Below are positions 35,692 through 47,554 of a DNA stretch of 64,000 nt, in pieces. The stretch is taken from the NCBI GenBank assembly GCA_964270895.1, contig OZ185435.1; one strand, written 5' to 3'. The notes under the pieces were generated by a model. The model searched no databases. It was given only the letters and a program-made list of their open reading frames with translations, and was not told where the DNA came from. Made by a program: the position numbers and the translations under genes. The stretch's first letter is position 1. Each line of letters begins with the position of its first letter. This DNA is from Podarcis filfolensis. Its lineage: Eukaryota.

Positions 35692-36230
35692 CTGGAAATC
35701 AAGTTTATGAGGAATGGTTGAGGGAGTTTAGCCTGGTTAAGAGAGGAGGAGATCCGATAGCCATCTTCAAATATCTAAAGCAGGCATAGGCAAACTCGGC
35801 CCTCCAGATGTTTTGAGACTACAAGTCCCATCATTCCTGACCACTGGTCCTGTTAGCTAGGGATGGTGGGAGTTGTAGTTCCAAAAACATCTGGAGGGCC
35901 GAGTTTGCCTATGCCTGATCTAAAGGACTCTTGCATGGAAGATAGAGAAAGCTTGTTTTCTCCTGCTCCAAAGGCTAGGACCCGAAGCAATGGCTTCCAA
36001 TTACAAGAAAGGAGATTCCAACTAAACATCAGGAAGAAGTTTCTGACGGTAAGAGCTGTTGAACAGTGGAACGAACTCCCTTGGAAACTGATGGACTCTC
36101 CTTCCTTGGAAGTCTTTAAGCAGAGGTTGGACGGCCATCTGTCATGTGTGCTTTAGCTGAAATTCCTGCATTGGGGGTTGGACCAGATGGCCCTTGGGGT
36201 CTCTTCCAACTCGACATTTCTGTGCTTCTA
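35692..36230 (+). mobile_element. CR1 LINE 3' fragment interrupted by a MITE
   Basis: Residual ORF2 end (TRSNGFQLQERRFQLNIRKKFLTVRAVEQWNELP...SLEVFKQRLDGHL) followed by the CR1 3'UTR hairpin and tail. Confidence 0.9.
35781..35917. mobile_element. Palindromic hAT MITE nested in CR1
   Basis: TIRs CAGGCATAGGCAAACTCGGCCCTCCAGATGT / ACATCTGGAGGGCCGAGTTTGCCTATGCCTG; perfect 8-bp TSD ATCTAAAG (35773-35780, 35918-35925). Confidence 0.95.
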
Positions 36231-37607
36231 GATAACTGTTATGTACTTCTAGGTTTACAGGAGGGAACACACCAGTGCCTCCATCAAGGTGGATGGTACT
36301 TCCAATGAAGCACTGATCACTTCCTTGGCCCACACAGTAGTCACTCTCCTTAGACTAGCTCTAAGAAGCCAAGGCTCAAGAGGGTAGATTCATGCTTCCA
36401 GATTCTACACATTTATTATGATTGTCATGTAAATATGCCACACTTTGTTCACTTCAAAACAGCATTCCCGCCTCCACCCCATAAAAACTTCCTCTGAATT
36501 CAAAATACTTCTGTTTCCCCTGAAAAACCAAGTGATATGTTGAATCTTGTTTTGTACATTATGGGATAAAAAAGGGAGACTACAATGAAACATTGCAGTG
36601 TGGATTATTCCTGTTCAGAATTCCAGCTAGCCAGCTAGCCATGGCAGGGTTCTCACTAGCCACCACAATCTGTTCCATTGCCCCTTGTCCCTTTTCTGTG
36701 GGTTCACCCTCCCTCCAACTGATATTCAGTATTTCATGGTTACTCCAGGGTGGTGGTGGTTCTCTCTTAGCTTTAAAAATATTTTATTCCTCAATATCTT
36801 TTTCTTTAAAAATGTATCTGCACACATATTTCTGTAAACCAAGGCATTCTTCTGAGCATATTGATACTTCCCTTCTGTTTCTTAGTGGCTGTGTTTTGAC
36901 TACATAGCTGTTGGCATTCGCTGCCAAAGTTTAATATTAGAGGGAGTGTTATGTTTTCTGGCAGAAAAACTTCCACCGGGGGATGGGGAGAGAGAATACA
37001 AGCAATGTCAGCAGGGAGAATTGACTGTGAAAAAGGTCAGCAATTCTTAGAATCCCGCAGATGGAACTTCAGCTGGGAGAATACATAGGGATGGAATGTT
37101 TATCACCTGCTAAAAATTATCAAGCTTAAACATTTGTATGAACAGCTGTATATCTGGAAGGTAGAAATGTTACCATGAAACGACTTAAAAAGCACTTTGA
37201 TCGTATAAAAATATATGTACTATAACCTGACTCTTAAAATCCAGCATTAGCGTAGTTCTTGAAATGCCTAAATAAATAACTTGAAATATATATAAATAAA
37301 CTTCAGCAGTCGAAGCTTGCCTGAGAGTCAACAATTACAAACAAGCAAAAATACTGGCTGAAATTCCATCTTCTATACAGCAGTTCCAAGGTGTAAGATC
37401 CCTGTTCCTTTTTTTATGCAACCACCCTAATGTCAGTGAACATGAATGCTTCTTCATTTGGAACTTTTCACTCAAAGGAAGACATGAAAAGGGTAGGAAG
37501 AAGAAAGAAACTCATGAAAATGTCTCTTGCTCCTCTGAGGTTTCTCCAATGCCTGGAAAGACCTGTAATTACGAAGAACAGTAACAAATGGATCACCTAT
37601 AATTTAC

Positions 37608-37776
37608 CTTTGATAGTCACCGATATGGTATTGTTTTCACCAACCAGATAGCCACAGGGAAGCAGCTCAGGTGTCTCCATGCTATTTGTGCGAACGATTT
37701 CCCCAATGCTGTATCCCAGGACGCTGTCTGAGTTCAACCCTAGCTGACTCGCAGGATCAACATGAATGATGTATTC
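37608..37776 (-). CDS. NAV2: NAV2 exon (169 nt)
   Basis: ttcacag|; EYIIHVDPASQLGLNSDSVLGYSIGEI...ELLPCGYLVGENNTISVTIK; G|GTAAA. Confidence 0.96.
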
Positions 37777-38966
37777 CTGTGAAAGGGAAGTAGAAAAGAA
37801 TAATAACAATACATCAACCTTATCTTCAAGGGTCTTGGTTCCCTAATATTGAAATTTCACAACTGCATTTTTCATTTTGAAAACGAACTAATTTGTGCAA
37901 TGAAGGAAGGCAAACCCAAAGTCTATTTTAATCAAAGAGTAAAGAGAGGGAAAGGGTAACAGATATATGCAAAAACCACACAGCATATCAGCAGACCCAC
38001 CAGAGATTTCAGTACTTGTTGCACCATCACACTCAGTTTCCATGTAAGAGAGTTAATACAGGACTTTTCTGTCTATGTGAAATGTATTGTATATGCACTG
38101 TATATTTAAATTAAGAGGTGCAGACACATATGAAGCCCTGTATACATTATGAAAAGAGGCCAGGTGCTGGACAAAAACAACAGCAACAGGAGATGTTGTC
38201 ATCTCCTTACCCTGGTTGTGAACTTTCAGAGGCATCTGGCAGGCTACTTTTGGACAAGGTGTTTCCCGGATGTTGAGTCCTTGAATGTTCTTGGACTCCC
38301 AGCTCCTATCAGCTCCAGCCAGCAAAAGCTTTAGAGATGATGGGAGGAGTGGTTGAACAACATATGTGGACCCACCGGTGGGAAAGAATGGATTAGGTGG
38401 AAATTTGACCTCACCCAGCAAGGTATTTCTTACATTCCTCCATTTCAGGCTATGGCATAACGCATGAAGCCTCTTCCTTCAGTGAGATCACAAGTATCAG
38501 AGGAAAAGTGTCAGTTGCCATGCTGCATATTACAATGGAAGTACAGGTCTTGCATATCCTCAGCTGGCATTTATTTGAATCTCTGGAGCCGGGAGGATGC
38601 AGTGGTCAAGAAAGATGTACCATATGACCAGATATACATTGTGTATTTGGTCTTCTCTTTTGACTTTTTTTGTTTTAATGTTGAAATAAAGTAAGATTAT
38701 TTAGCACACACTGCAGCCAGTACTTAATGACTTTTCAGAAGCCTACATTATATACGGTGTAAAAAAAATAATGTATACAACATAAAGAGAAATACGATGC
38801 TCAGGTTAGTATGTTTTGCAGGCTGCAGTACACCAGGCCTTGGGGAAGCCTCACTTTAAACTGATGCAGCAAAGGAACCCGTCAGAATAGTTTTCTGCCT
38901 AAATAAAAAAGAATAGCTTTCAAAGCTATCCAAGTTGTTAGAAGTAACAAAAATAACAACATTCAC

Positions 38967-39062
38967 CTTAAAGAGCCTTCTAACAACGCCATCGAGAACA
39001 TCCCATTTGGTCTTTCCACTGACGCCTATGCAGCCAATAAGGAAGAGGCGAGGCCTGGAATC
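38967..39062 (-). CDS. NAV2: NAV2 exon (96 nt)
   Basis: cctttag|; DSRPRLFLIGCIGVSGKTKWDVLDGVVRRLFK; |GTGAA. Confidence 0.95.
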
Positions 39063-40696
39063 CTAAAGGCATACAAATATGTTAAAAGAAAGTCAAATAT
39101 GGTGCTGTTGCAGCACTATATAAATTATTTCACCATCATCCAAGCTACTTTGGTGTACATCCCTGGGCTGAGACATAACCCCTACATGTGTGCCATTGCA
39201 GACCTCATCTATTCTGTGACCTGGAAAACACGTACACTGGGGATTTCCCACTCAAATAGGGCAGAACCTAGACACAAATAATTCTGTATGCTCACTGGCA
39301 CCTCATCAAATTATGTGCCAAGTTCCTAAACACTAGTACAGCCTATTTAACCACTTTGCTAACTGAAATATATTGGGGGGGTGTCGTCAAATGATTTATT
39401 GAATTATGACCAGAATTAAATTATATCCAGAGCATTTCCATAATCCACTAATTTACGAATCCAATCTAAAAACACAGGTAGGATTAGTCTGGAAGGAACC
39501 ATTTGTGTCAAACCTGTGCTGACTTCTGCAAATCATTGTTACCATGAAGCTTACAACAGATCCCTTTAGAAGTAAAAAAATGTGCTTCCATGTGACATTA
39601 CAAGCCTTCTAAACCTAGCAAGCGAGTTCTGCAGATAAACAGGTGCCTCTCTCATTACCCTGCACCTGATCTAGGTCTTGGATCACTCGTCACTAGTAAT
39701 GTTTATTTTAAAAGTTAATTTAAAACCAGTGAACAGGAGAAAGGGCATGTTTCAGCTTATACAAGACAGATCTTGAAAACTTCCTCCAAGCTAAGCATGT
39801 TTGGTTCAATTTCTCTTTTATTCATGCCAAGTTCCTAGGGTACTAGCAGGTCTGGACTTCACAACATCCATGGCTCCTGGCATTGTGTCTAGACTAGAAC
39901 TCCAAGCATATTCATCCCATTAGAAGCTGTGATAAAGGAAAGGTCCTAGTGGGAACCATGCCAAAGCTGATCTTTTGAGAATGGGAGTACTTCCGAGTCC
40001 TTTTTTTCTTAGTCTTTGAAAACTAAGGAAATAATTGGATGCAACCCACTAAAATAACGTTTCAACAGAGCAGACCGACTGAAATGAAATGACCTAGGTT
40101 AATCATGTCCATTCATTTCAATGGGATTACTCAGAGTATGACTAATATTGCGTACAACTTATTTCTGTAGATTTTCCACTCTTTGGAGTATTTCGTAGTT
40201 CTGCTCTCCCGACAAGGGGACCTTTTTCATGCAGCTGATCAAAGGATTACAGCAAAGCCCTGAAGGGATTGACTTTGAAGTTGTTTCACCTGAAATCAGG
40301 TGAGTAACAGGCGGTCAGCCAAAATGGGTCTCCAGGGGTTGGAGGAGTTCAGGATCTGGCCCACTGGCTGGATCCTCATTTTTGTTCCTGCACTAAACCC
40401 TTTTTTGTATGCTTCAAGCAGTTTCTTTAACCTTCCATTCATTTAAGCATAACATTATTCTTATGATCAGCCATTGAGTCATCAGTCATTTCCTAGAAGC
40501 AAAATAGTGACAAAACCTGAGTCTTGAATGCATTGCTTCAGACTACAGATAGGACTTCAAGTGACAAAAATACTTAAAATAGTGAACAATGTGGGTTTCC
40601 TCACAAAAACTTCAGTCTACGTAGCATGCCAACAGACCTAGTCTCTGATAACGTGGAATGGAAAAAGGTGAAAAGCAAACTCCACACATAACTCAC

Positions 40697-40797
40697 TTCT
40701 CTCCATTTAACTTCATCCTGAAAACTGACAACTATTTTAACATGCCTGCCACCTTCTTTTCGAGAAGAACCATCGCTGGGGTCATCCAGCAGCATGT
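40697..40797 (-). CDS. NAV2: NAV2 exon (101 nt)
   Basis: tccacag|; (D)MLLDDPSDGSSRKEGGRHVKIVVSFQDEVKWRE; |GTGAGT. Confidence 0.95.
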
Positions 40798-41904
40798 CTG
40801 TGGACAGGAAACACAAATTCTTTTTTAGTTACAAATGGTGAGCTGGGAAAATATGCTCATATGGTTATTTATTTCATTTATAAAATAATTTACGAGTTGG
40901 CTTTCAGCTCAAAAAGGGTCCCCGAGCTACTTAAAAGTTTTAAATTTGTAACTTTTTTTTTAACATACAACACTATCTAATTCTACTAAAAGAGGATCCA
41001 CTGAAATTAATAAGACATGAGTTAGTTATGTCTATTAATTTCAGTGGGTCTTCTCTGAGTAGGAGAGTTGGACATAGTAGGAGGGTTGGATACAACCCAA
41101 GACAATGACGAACAGATTGAGAACAAAGGTGGGGGCGAGAATCACCTTTGAAGAGAGAGAGTAAAATGAGTGACGTTCAAAAGCTTTGTGTGGAACAAAT
41201 AAGTTTTAAGGACCCACCCACAACTAAAGAAAGAAGTCAACCTAACCTCTCCTAGTGGTGAGACAAATAGCAGGACCTCTAAAGCAGATATTGATTTGTG
41301 AACTTAAAGGGCAGGTTCATGGTCTTGATTTACCCCGCTACAAAACAACAACAACAAAAAAAACCCTACAGTATTACTCTTTTTGTGAATATATGCAAGG
41401 TTGTGTTTACTCCAGCCCTTATAGATGAAAATTATGCACCAAAAAAAGTGTAGGTGCACGTGTCTATGTTACACAAACTTGCAAACAGTTGCTTGCTTTG
41501 GATAATTAGACTTTTAATTGCTTGATTCTGTGAACACTGCCAGGTTTGGTGCACACTTCTTGGAATGTACGTAAGACCTGAAATAATGGAAAGACATTCC
41601 TCTCGCAATCTGGAACAGACATGGAAGAAATGAGGGAAGACCACAGAAAAATTAACAGTGTTTTCTCTCGAAAGAAATTTTACTTTGGCAAATGGGTGCA
41701 ATTAAACTGACTCCCAACATGATTTTGCACAGCTGAAGTCATAGCTGGAATGCTATGCTTCGAAGTGAAACAGAGCTGCCAATGATATTGTAATGGAAGG
41801 GTTTGTCCCCGGCCTTCCACCTTCACACCTTAGCCACCAGCGATTATTTACAGCTATTATTTATTTACAGCTACAGGATAAAACCTGTCGGCTGCCCTAC
41901 TCAC

Positions 41905-42064
41905 CAAGACTCGCTGACTCTGTGAGGTTCAGGCTGTGCTGGGAAAGACCCATGGACTGCCTTGGAGAGGATGAAATGGAAACCTGAGATTGGGCCCTGC
42001 TGCAGCTGCCTTGATTTTCTGACTTCAGCCGGTCATTTTCTGCTTTTAGTTTCTCGATCTCACT
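41905..42064 (-). CDS. NAV2: NAV2 exon (160 nt)
   Basis: aatctag|; SEIEKLKAENDRLKSENQGSCSRAQSQVSISSSPRQSMGLSQHSLNLTESASL; G|GTGAGT. Confidence 0.95.
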
Positions 42065-42494
42065 CTAGATTAGAACAAGAAAACAGCCAGTAAAGGGAAT
42101 GGAAGGAGCATGCCCTTTCAGCTTTCTTTATACACAAAGAGAGATAAAAATCTCTTACACACAAACACACACAAACATGAGATACAGCTTATGAGCTGGT
42201 CCACTGTCTCTCACTATCCCCAACAGCTTTCAATCAAAGTCGTTTCCTTTTCAAGCTTTGCTGGTAGACCGGGCTTCCCCACTTTATCCATTCCCTCACC
42301 TTGGCCTTCCCAAAGTCAATCTTCCCCCAATCAGGCAGAATTACACATGAGAGCTGATAAAGTTTTCATGGCAATCTTCTTTGAATTGTAATGAGACCTG
42401 CAGGGATCTCTGCACTTTTTGTAGCTGTACTGTTTTTTCTTTCTGAATGATGTGGTGGCTGTTGTGCACTCTCTCTCGAGTAGACACTGAACTT

Positions 42495-42569
42495 CAAGGC
42501 TGAATGGGGATTTGAACTCTGGCCTCCCAGGTCCTAGTCCAGCACTCTAACCACTACACCACACTGTCT
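42495..42569 (-). mobile_element. tRNA-derived SINE head fragment
   Basis: Minus-strand A box TGGTGTAGTGG and B box AGTTCAAATCC; similar to the head of 31653-31893. Confidence 0.7.
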
Positions 42570-43426
42570 TGCTTTAAATGGGCTTTCTGATGATGGGTGT
42601 GGTTCTACTCTGCTGCTTATATGGTTTTTTGGTATTATTGTTTTCAGAACATTTTCTAGGTTTTAATATATGTTTGGATGTCACTTTGAACACCCATGTT
42701 GAATAAATAACAAAGCCATAAACTCTGCAAGTAAAATAAATGAATTATAATTAAAACGGTGGGATTGAAGAGCCAGATTTATGAAGCAGAAATGACAGAT
42801 ATGTGGGGATGTATAATATCTATATATTCATGGCAGAATGTAACCAAAGAGTGACCACCTTGCCTCGCCCTATGGCCCATCCACACACATTGGTGACAAT
42901 TTGTGGCAACTTTAATGAGCATGGCTCAAGGGTCTTGCCTTGGCATTTGCTCTGGAATGAAAAATATAGTGTTGCGTAAAATCTTTACAGAGAAGCTCTA
43001 ATTTTAGGTTTAGCATGTGTTGATATGGATCAGTTACAACTGAATAAAAAATAGGAATAACAGAGTAAAAATAAATGGACAGTTTTCCCAGTGGAGATAT
43101 ATATAGGAAGTGTAGTCCCCTCAGGTTTGGTATTGGGAATTGTGCTTTTTAACTTTCCATAGATTATATAGAGTTAGGAGAAAGCAGTGAGGTAACCAAG
43201 TTTTGTTGGTGATACCTAACTGTTCAGGGCGGTTAAAACAAAAGGGGGTAGTGAGATGCTTGGAAAGGAGCTCTCCTAACTAGGTAAGCGGAGAGGAAAA
43301 TGGCAAATGCATTTCAATGTAAGCAAGTGTAGAGTGATGCAGTGGGGGGGACGGACCCAAAACTAAATTTCACATATTGCTCATGGGGTCTGAACTCACA
43401 GAGACCTTGGAGTTGTAGTGCATAGC

Positions 43427-43820
43427 TCGATGAAGGCAATGACCCAGCGTGCTGCTGCTGTGAAAAAGGCAAATGCCACACTAGGGAATTATTAGGAAAG
43501 GGACTGAAAATAAAACTTCTGATATCACCTTAAAAAAAGGGAGACTTGACACGAGGTTTGTAACATGATGCAAGGTGTGGAGAAAGTGGATACAGAAATG
43601 TTTTTCTCCCTCTCTCATAAAAGCAGAGCAATGAAGGACAGTTCAGGAGACACAAAATAATGCTTTGGGAGTCAGTATGCCTCTGAACGCCATCTGCTGA
43701 GAATCACAAGCAGGGAGAGTGATGTTGCACTCAGGTCCTGCTTGGGGGTTCCCACAGGCATCTGTTTGCCCCTGTTTGTGAGGATGCTGGGCTAAGCAAG
43801 CCCAGTAGGGCTTTTCTCAA
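43427..43820 (+). mobile_element. Degenerate CR1-like LINE remnant ending near a NAV2 donor site
   Basis: ORF2-like remnants (GTGAAAAAGGCAAATGCC..., GGTGTGGAGAAAGTGGATA...) and a CR1-type 3' region; recognised by pattern. Confidence 0.6.
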
Positions 43821-43853
43821 GTTTGCATGTGTGTTGCTGCAGTTCCTTCCTAC

Positions 43854-44007
43854 CTGCATTCTGTTCATAGCTTCCCGAAGTTGGTCAAGTTGGTGGGCGG
43901 AGCTGAGGGCCTCCAAACGGATATCAGTTAGTTTCATCTCTTTGTCTCTCAGTTCATTTCGCAACTGCATGACTGTTTCCGCTTCACTATCGATACATTC
44001 TGAAATC
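43854..44007 (-). CDS. NAV2: NAV2 exon (154 nt; coiled coil)
   Basis: tttcctag|; ISECIDSEAETVMQLRNELRDKEMKLTDIRLEALSSAHQLDQLREAMNRMQ; |GTAGG. Confidence 0.96.
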
Positions 44008-44769
44008 CTAGGAAAAGATAATAACGAGCGTTCACCAAAGAGCTTGAGAAGCAGAAATTCTGAACGTTAGCAAAAATCAAGAGTTTCCTTGCTCTGCTTT
44101 CAACCAGATTTTTGTTTGTTCGGGGGGACTTGCAAAAATGGTAAGATGAAGGGGACCCTATCATTAGGAATGGTCTCAGCCTGCCCAAGGAAAAAAAGTA
44201 TGATGACAGCCAGCAGAATAAGGGCAGAGAAACTACCATTTTGGTTGTGACCTATACGGAGTTTGTTAAGCTGCTGTTAAACGTACAGTTGTTCATTGGG
44301 AAATCTATTCAGCCTGAAAATCCCAGGTAAATTAAGGAGGCATAGTAGCAGCAGTCATTTGGAGATTGATGGCCTCAAAGAAAGATTTAGTATTCAGCAG
44401 GTGTAGTGCACAGCTGGGTGCCCCTTTGGAATCCTATACCTTTTCAGCTTACTCCGCACTGTTCAGGCTTTTTTTAAAAAAAGAAAGAAGTAGTAGTTTT
44501 ATCCTCCTGGCACCAGCTTTCTCCACCCTCCCACCTACGCAAATTGAACAGGGTTGAATTACTCCCTAACGCATAAAAGACAAGCAGCACCATTGCCATT
44601 TTCTGGCAATTTTTCGTATTGCATGTATCCTGTGAATAAATCTCCCCCCCACCCCCGATTGGCTTCCCCCGTCCTTAGCAGTATCAAAAACCAATTATAT
44701 GGTACTGCAGTCAAGAAACAACAAAGGAAGGGGAGAGCTATGAAGAAAAATGGTGCTTTACCATCCATG

Positions 44770-45286
44770 CAGTGGCACAGCATGAGGAGGCCATGGCCCC
44801 GGGTGCACAATCTGTGGGGGGCGTGAACCAGGCGCCCCCCTGCAGAGACCCCCCTTGCACCCTGCCGGCGCCAGGGGCTGGAGAGCATGGAGGGTGAAGA
44901 TCGCCCTCTGTGTGTCTCATTCCGCCTGGCATGTCCAGCCACAGCTCCCCCTTCCCAGGGTCGGTCCTGACCCAGGGACGGAGAGCAGCTGCAGTGCCTG
45001 GCCGCAACTCTGGAGAGTGGCCATGGCACGCCCAGCCTAGGCTCCTCCTTCCCTGAGTCAAGGCTGACCTGGGGGTGGAGAGTGGCCTGACCCAGGGGCA
45101 GAGAGATGCTGTGGCGTGCAAGGAAGCTCCTGCTTCCTTGCCGCCAGCTCCAGTAGAGTGAGGAGAGTGGGTGGCTATGTTGCCACCCACTCTCCTGGAC
45201 TGGGGTGCGCGAGTGCGCTCTGAGCCGGTGCTACAGCGGGCTCCCTCTGTGCCCCATGACCCATGTGCTATTTAGATACTGCCATG
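44770..45286. mobile_element. GC-rich insertion, possibly a hAT-like non-autonomous element
   Basis: Sharp GC-rich block in an AT-rich intron with degenerate termini CAGTGGCACAGC / GATACTGCCATG and internal hairpins; no clear TSD. Confidence 0.45.
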
Positions 45287-46928
45287 TTAGGGATGCTTCC
45301 AAAGTTCTTTCAGTTCAGGCTAAGAAACTAACTTTGAGGGCCGGCCTCAAATGCAAGGATTTTTTAAAGCTTGAGGTTCTTTTGTTCCAAAGTTGTTCAA
45401 GCTGGAGAATTCCTAGCTTCTCCTTGGCTGTTTCTGCTAGCCTTCCCCTTCTCCAAATATCATCCTTGCCTGCTGCCATCCTTCAAACCATATCCCCCCA
45501 TCCTTTTCCTGCCTTGAAGCTGCTGCAGTAGTAGCAGCAGCAGCAATGGTGAATGGTGAGGGGAAGAGGAGGATGATTGCCTCCCCTCTCTTTCAGTCTC
45601 CCAGACTTTCTGGGTAACAGTGAAGTGTAAGACCATGGAGCACTATGGAAAAGATTGCTTCAAACCACTTTCCAGTCGAATGAATATTTTTAAAAATCCC
45701 TTAGTTTGGGAATTCTGTGTTTACAATGGAGTACTTGCAAATTTTTGGTTTTGTTAAGACTGACAAAACTGATGACAGAAACATCAGTGCCAAGGACTAA
45801 ATGATATCAGCAAAGTGCAACCAACTCAAGAAATTCAACTATATAAATAAACTTTGGATTTCAAGCATCGATACAATACATCTTGATAAAATACAGTCTT
45901 TGCTTTCATGACTGTCAGGCTGAAAATATTATGTAGGCTGAATCTGGGAAACATTAACACTATGTATATCTAATTCATAGTGCTCTTCTGCTTTCTAATA
46001 AAGGCTACACTCAGAAGCCAAATAAATCAGTGCTGAAGCCCTAGGCAGCCTAGTGCTCTGCTTTTCTCCTCCTTAATTCTGTAGGCCTGTTTATTCCTTA
46101 GGTACTTGGTACTTGTCAAGACTCGTCACATGCATACTTTGACTGATGACAGGCACTATCATAAAAGACATGATGGATTACATGGCTTTAAGCTTTTGCT
46201 CACCATTTAGTACCACAGGGATAGGATAGGCTAGTTTCAGAGTGATGAAAATAAGATAACATAGTTGAAGATAAGTGAGAATTTTAAAAGTAAAAATATA
46301 TGGTTCTATAACATCTTAATCTACAGGGCTTTTACTTTCAGGAAGCAAATTTTAGTAATGCCTTATTTTCTCAGAGTCAAGTATTCCCTGTTTTCTAATC
46401 TCTACTAAATTCTGTATCTTACCATCACACACAGTTGGCTATAAGGGGCAGTGGAAAATCATCTTAACCATGGAGGTTGCATGGAAGAAGAATATTCAAG
46501 CTTTGCAACACTGTTTACATTCACCATTTCCTGAAACCCTTCAATAACTTTTGACAGCTTCTCTTGAGCCTTAGAGTCTTCCTCAAAGCTACAATCTAGA
46601 GTGGACGTTTCAAAAATGTCCTCTCACCATCACTTTGATGGCTTCTGGGTCTGATCTAGCAATTTAAGGTATATGGTGGATGAGTAAGCATCACTGTATA
46701 AATGAACAGCCAAAAGCAATAAAGAGAAAAGATAAAGCAAATACCCACATTATAGTTGGCACTGGCTTCAAGTACCTGACTAAATAAACCTCAGCCGAAG
46801 AAAATCTACTTAATCCTTAGTGTCTTGTTCTTTTATAGAGTCCACAGAAAAAACGGACTCCAACCCCAGCATAAAACAACAACAACATGTCAACAGGAAC
46901 TCTTTTTTAACATGGAAACTCAACTCAC

Positions 46929-47101
46929 AGTGAATTAGAATGGGACGTTCTCAGTAATGGCGTAGAGATAACTGAGCCATTGTGATGCAATTTTGGCGAT
47001 GAAGGCAGGGAACAATCTGTCATCTCTTCAATATCTGAATGAGAAGATGCTGATTTGGGGGACTTCTTTTTACCAAATGCTTGTTTGAAGGAACTACGCA
47101 A
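46929..47101 (-). CDS. NAV2: NAV2 exon (173 nt)
   Basis: tctttcag|; LRSSFKQAFGKKKSPKSASSHSDIEEMTDCSLPSSPKLHHNGSVISTPLLRTSHSNS; CT|GTGAGT. Confidence 0.96.
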
Positions 47102-47545
47102 CTGAAAGAAAAAGAGCAGAATAAGAAAGATTATACATAAAACAAACGCTGCCTCATGACGATAAGTAAGGAACAGGAAAAAATAGTTAGCATGCAACAC
47201 TTTAAAAAATGGTTACAAAAGTCCATTTTGGGCAGTACAAATTGACAATGGAAGCACAGATTGCCACCTTTCTGTTCTGGAAATCTTTACACTGTGTTTA
47301 AGAAGGACATTGTCCAAGACACTGCAAAAGTGCTGGCTGTTGACAAGCCCTATTCTGAAGCACACCTTTCCACTCTGAGACATTGCAAATTCTTTTCAGC
47401 TCAAGGACAATTTTATTACGGTGTTATCACAGGTTGCAGTTATGAAATGACATGGCTCAGATGAGGTTATTGATGCTGACAGAGTTAATCATGTAAATGG
47501 ATTAGTTAGCTTTGTATTTTAAAATTTAAAATACATCTTTCTTAC

Positions 47546-47554
47546 CTCGTTGAC
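47546..47554 (-). CDS. NAV2: NAV2 9-nt microexon (Val-Asn-Glu), likely alternative
   Basis: Long pyrimidine tract + ctggcag|GTCAACGAG|gtaag; phase 0/0; yields RKNW-VNE-LRSSF, the junction I recall from NAV2 isoforms. Confidence 0.85.

Noticed and set aside
35863-36156. 97-aa ORF as a gene
   Set aside because: MITE/CR1 chimera, not a host gene.
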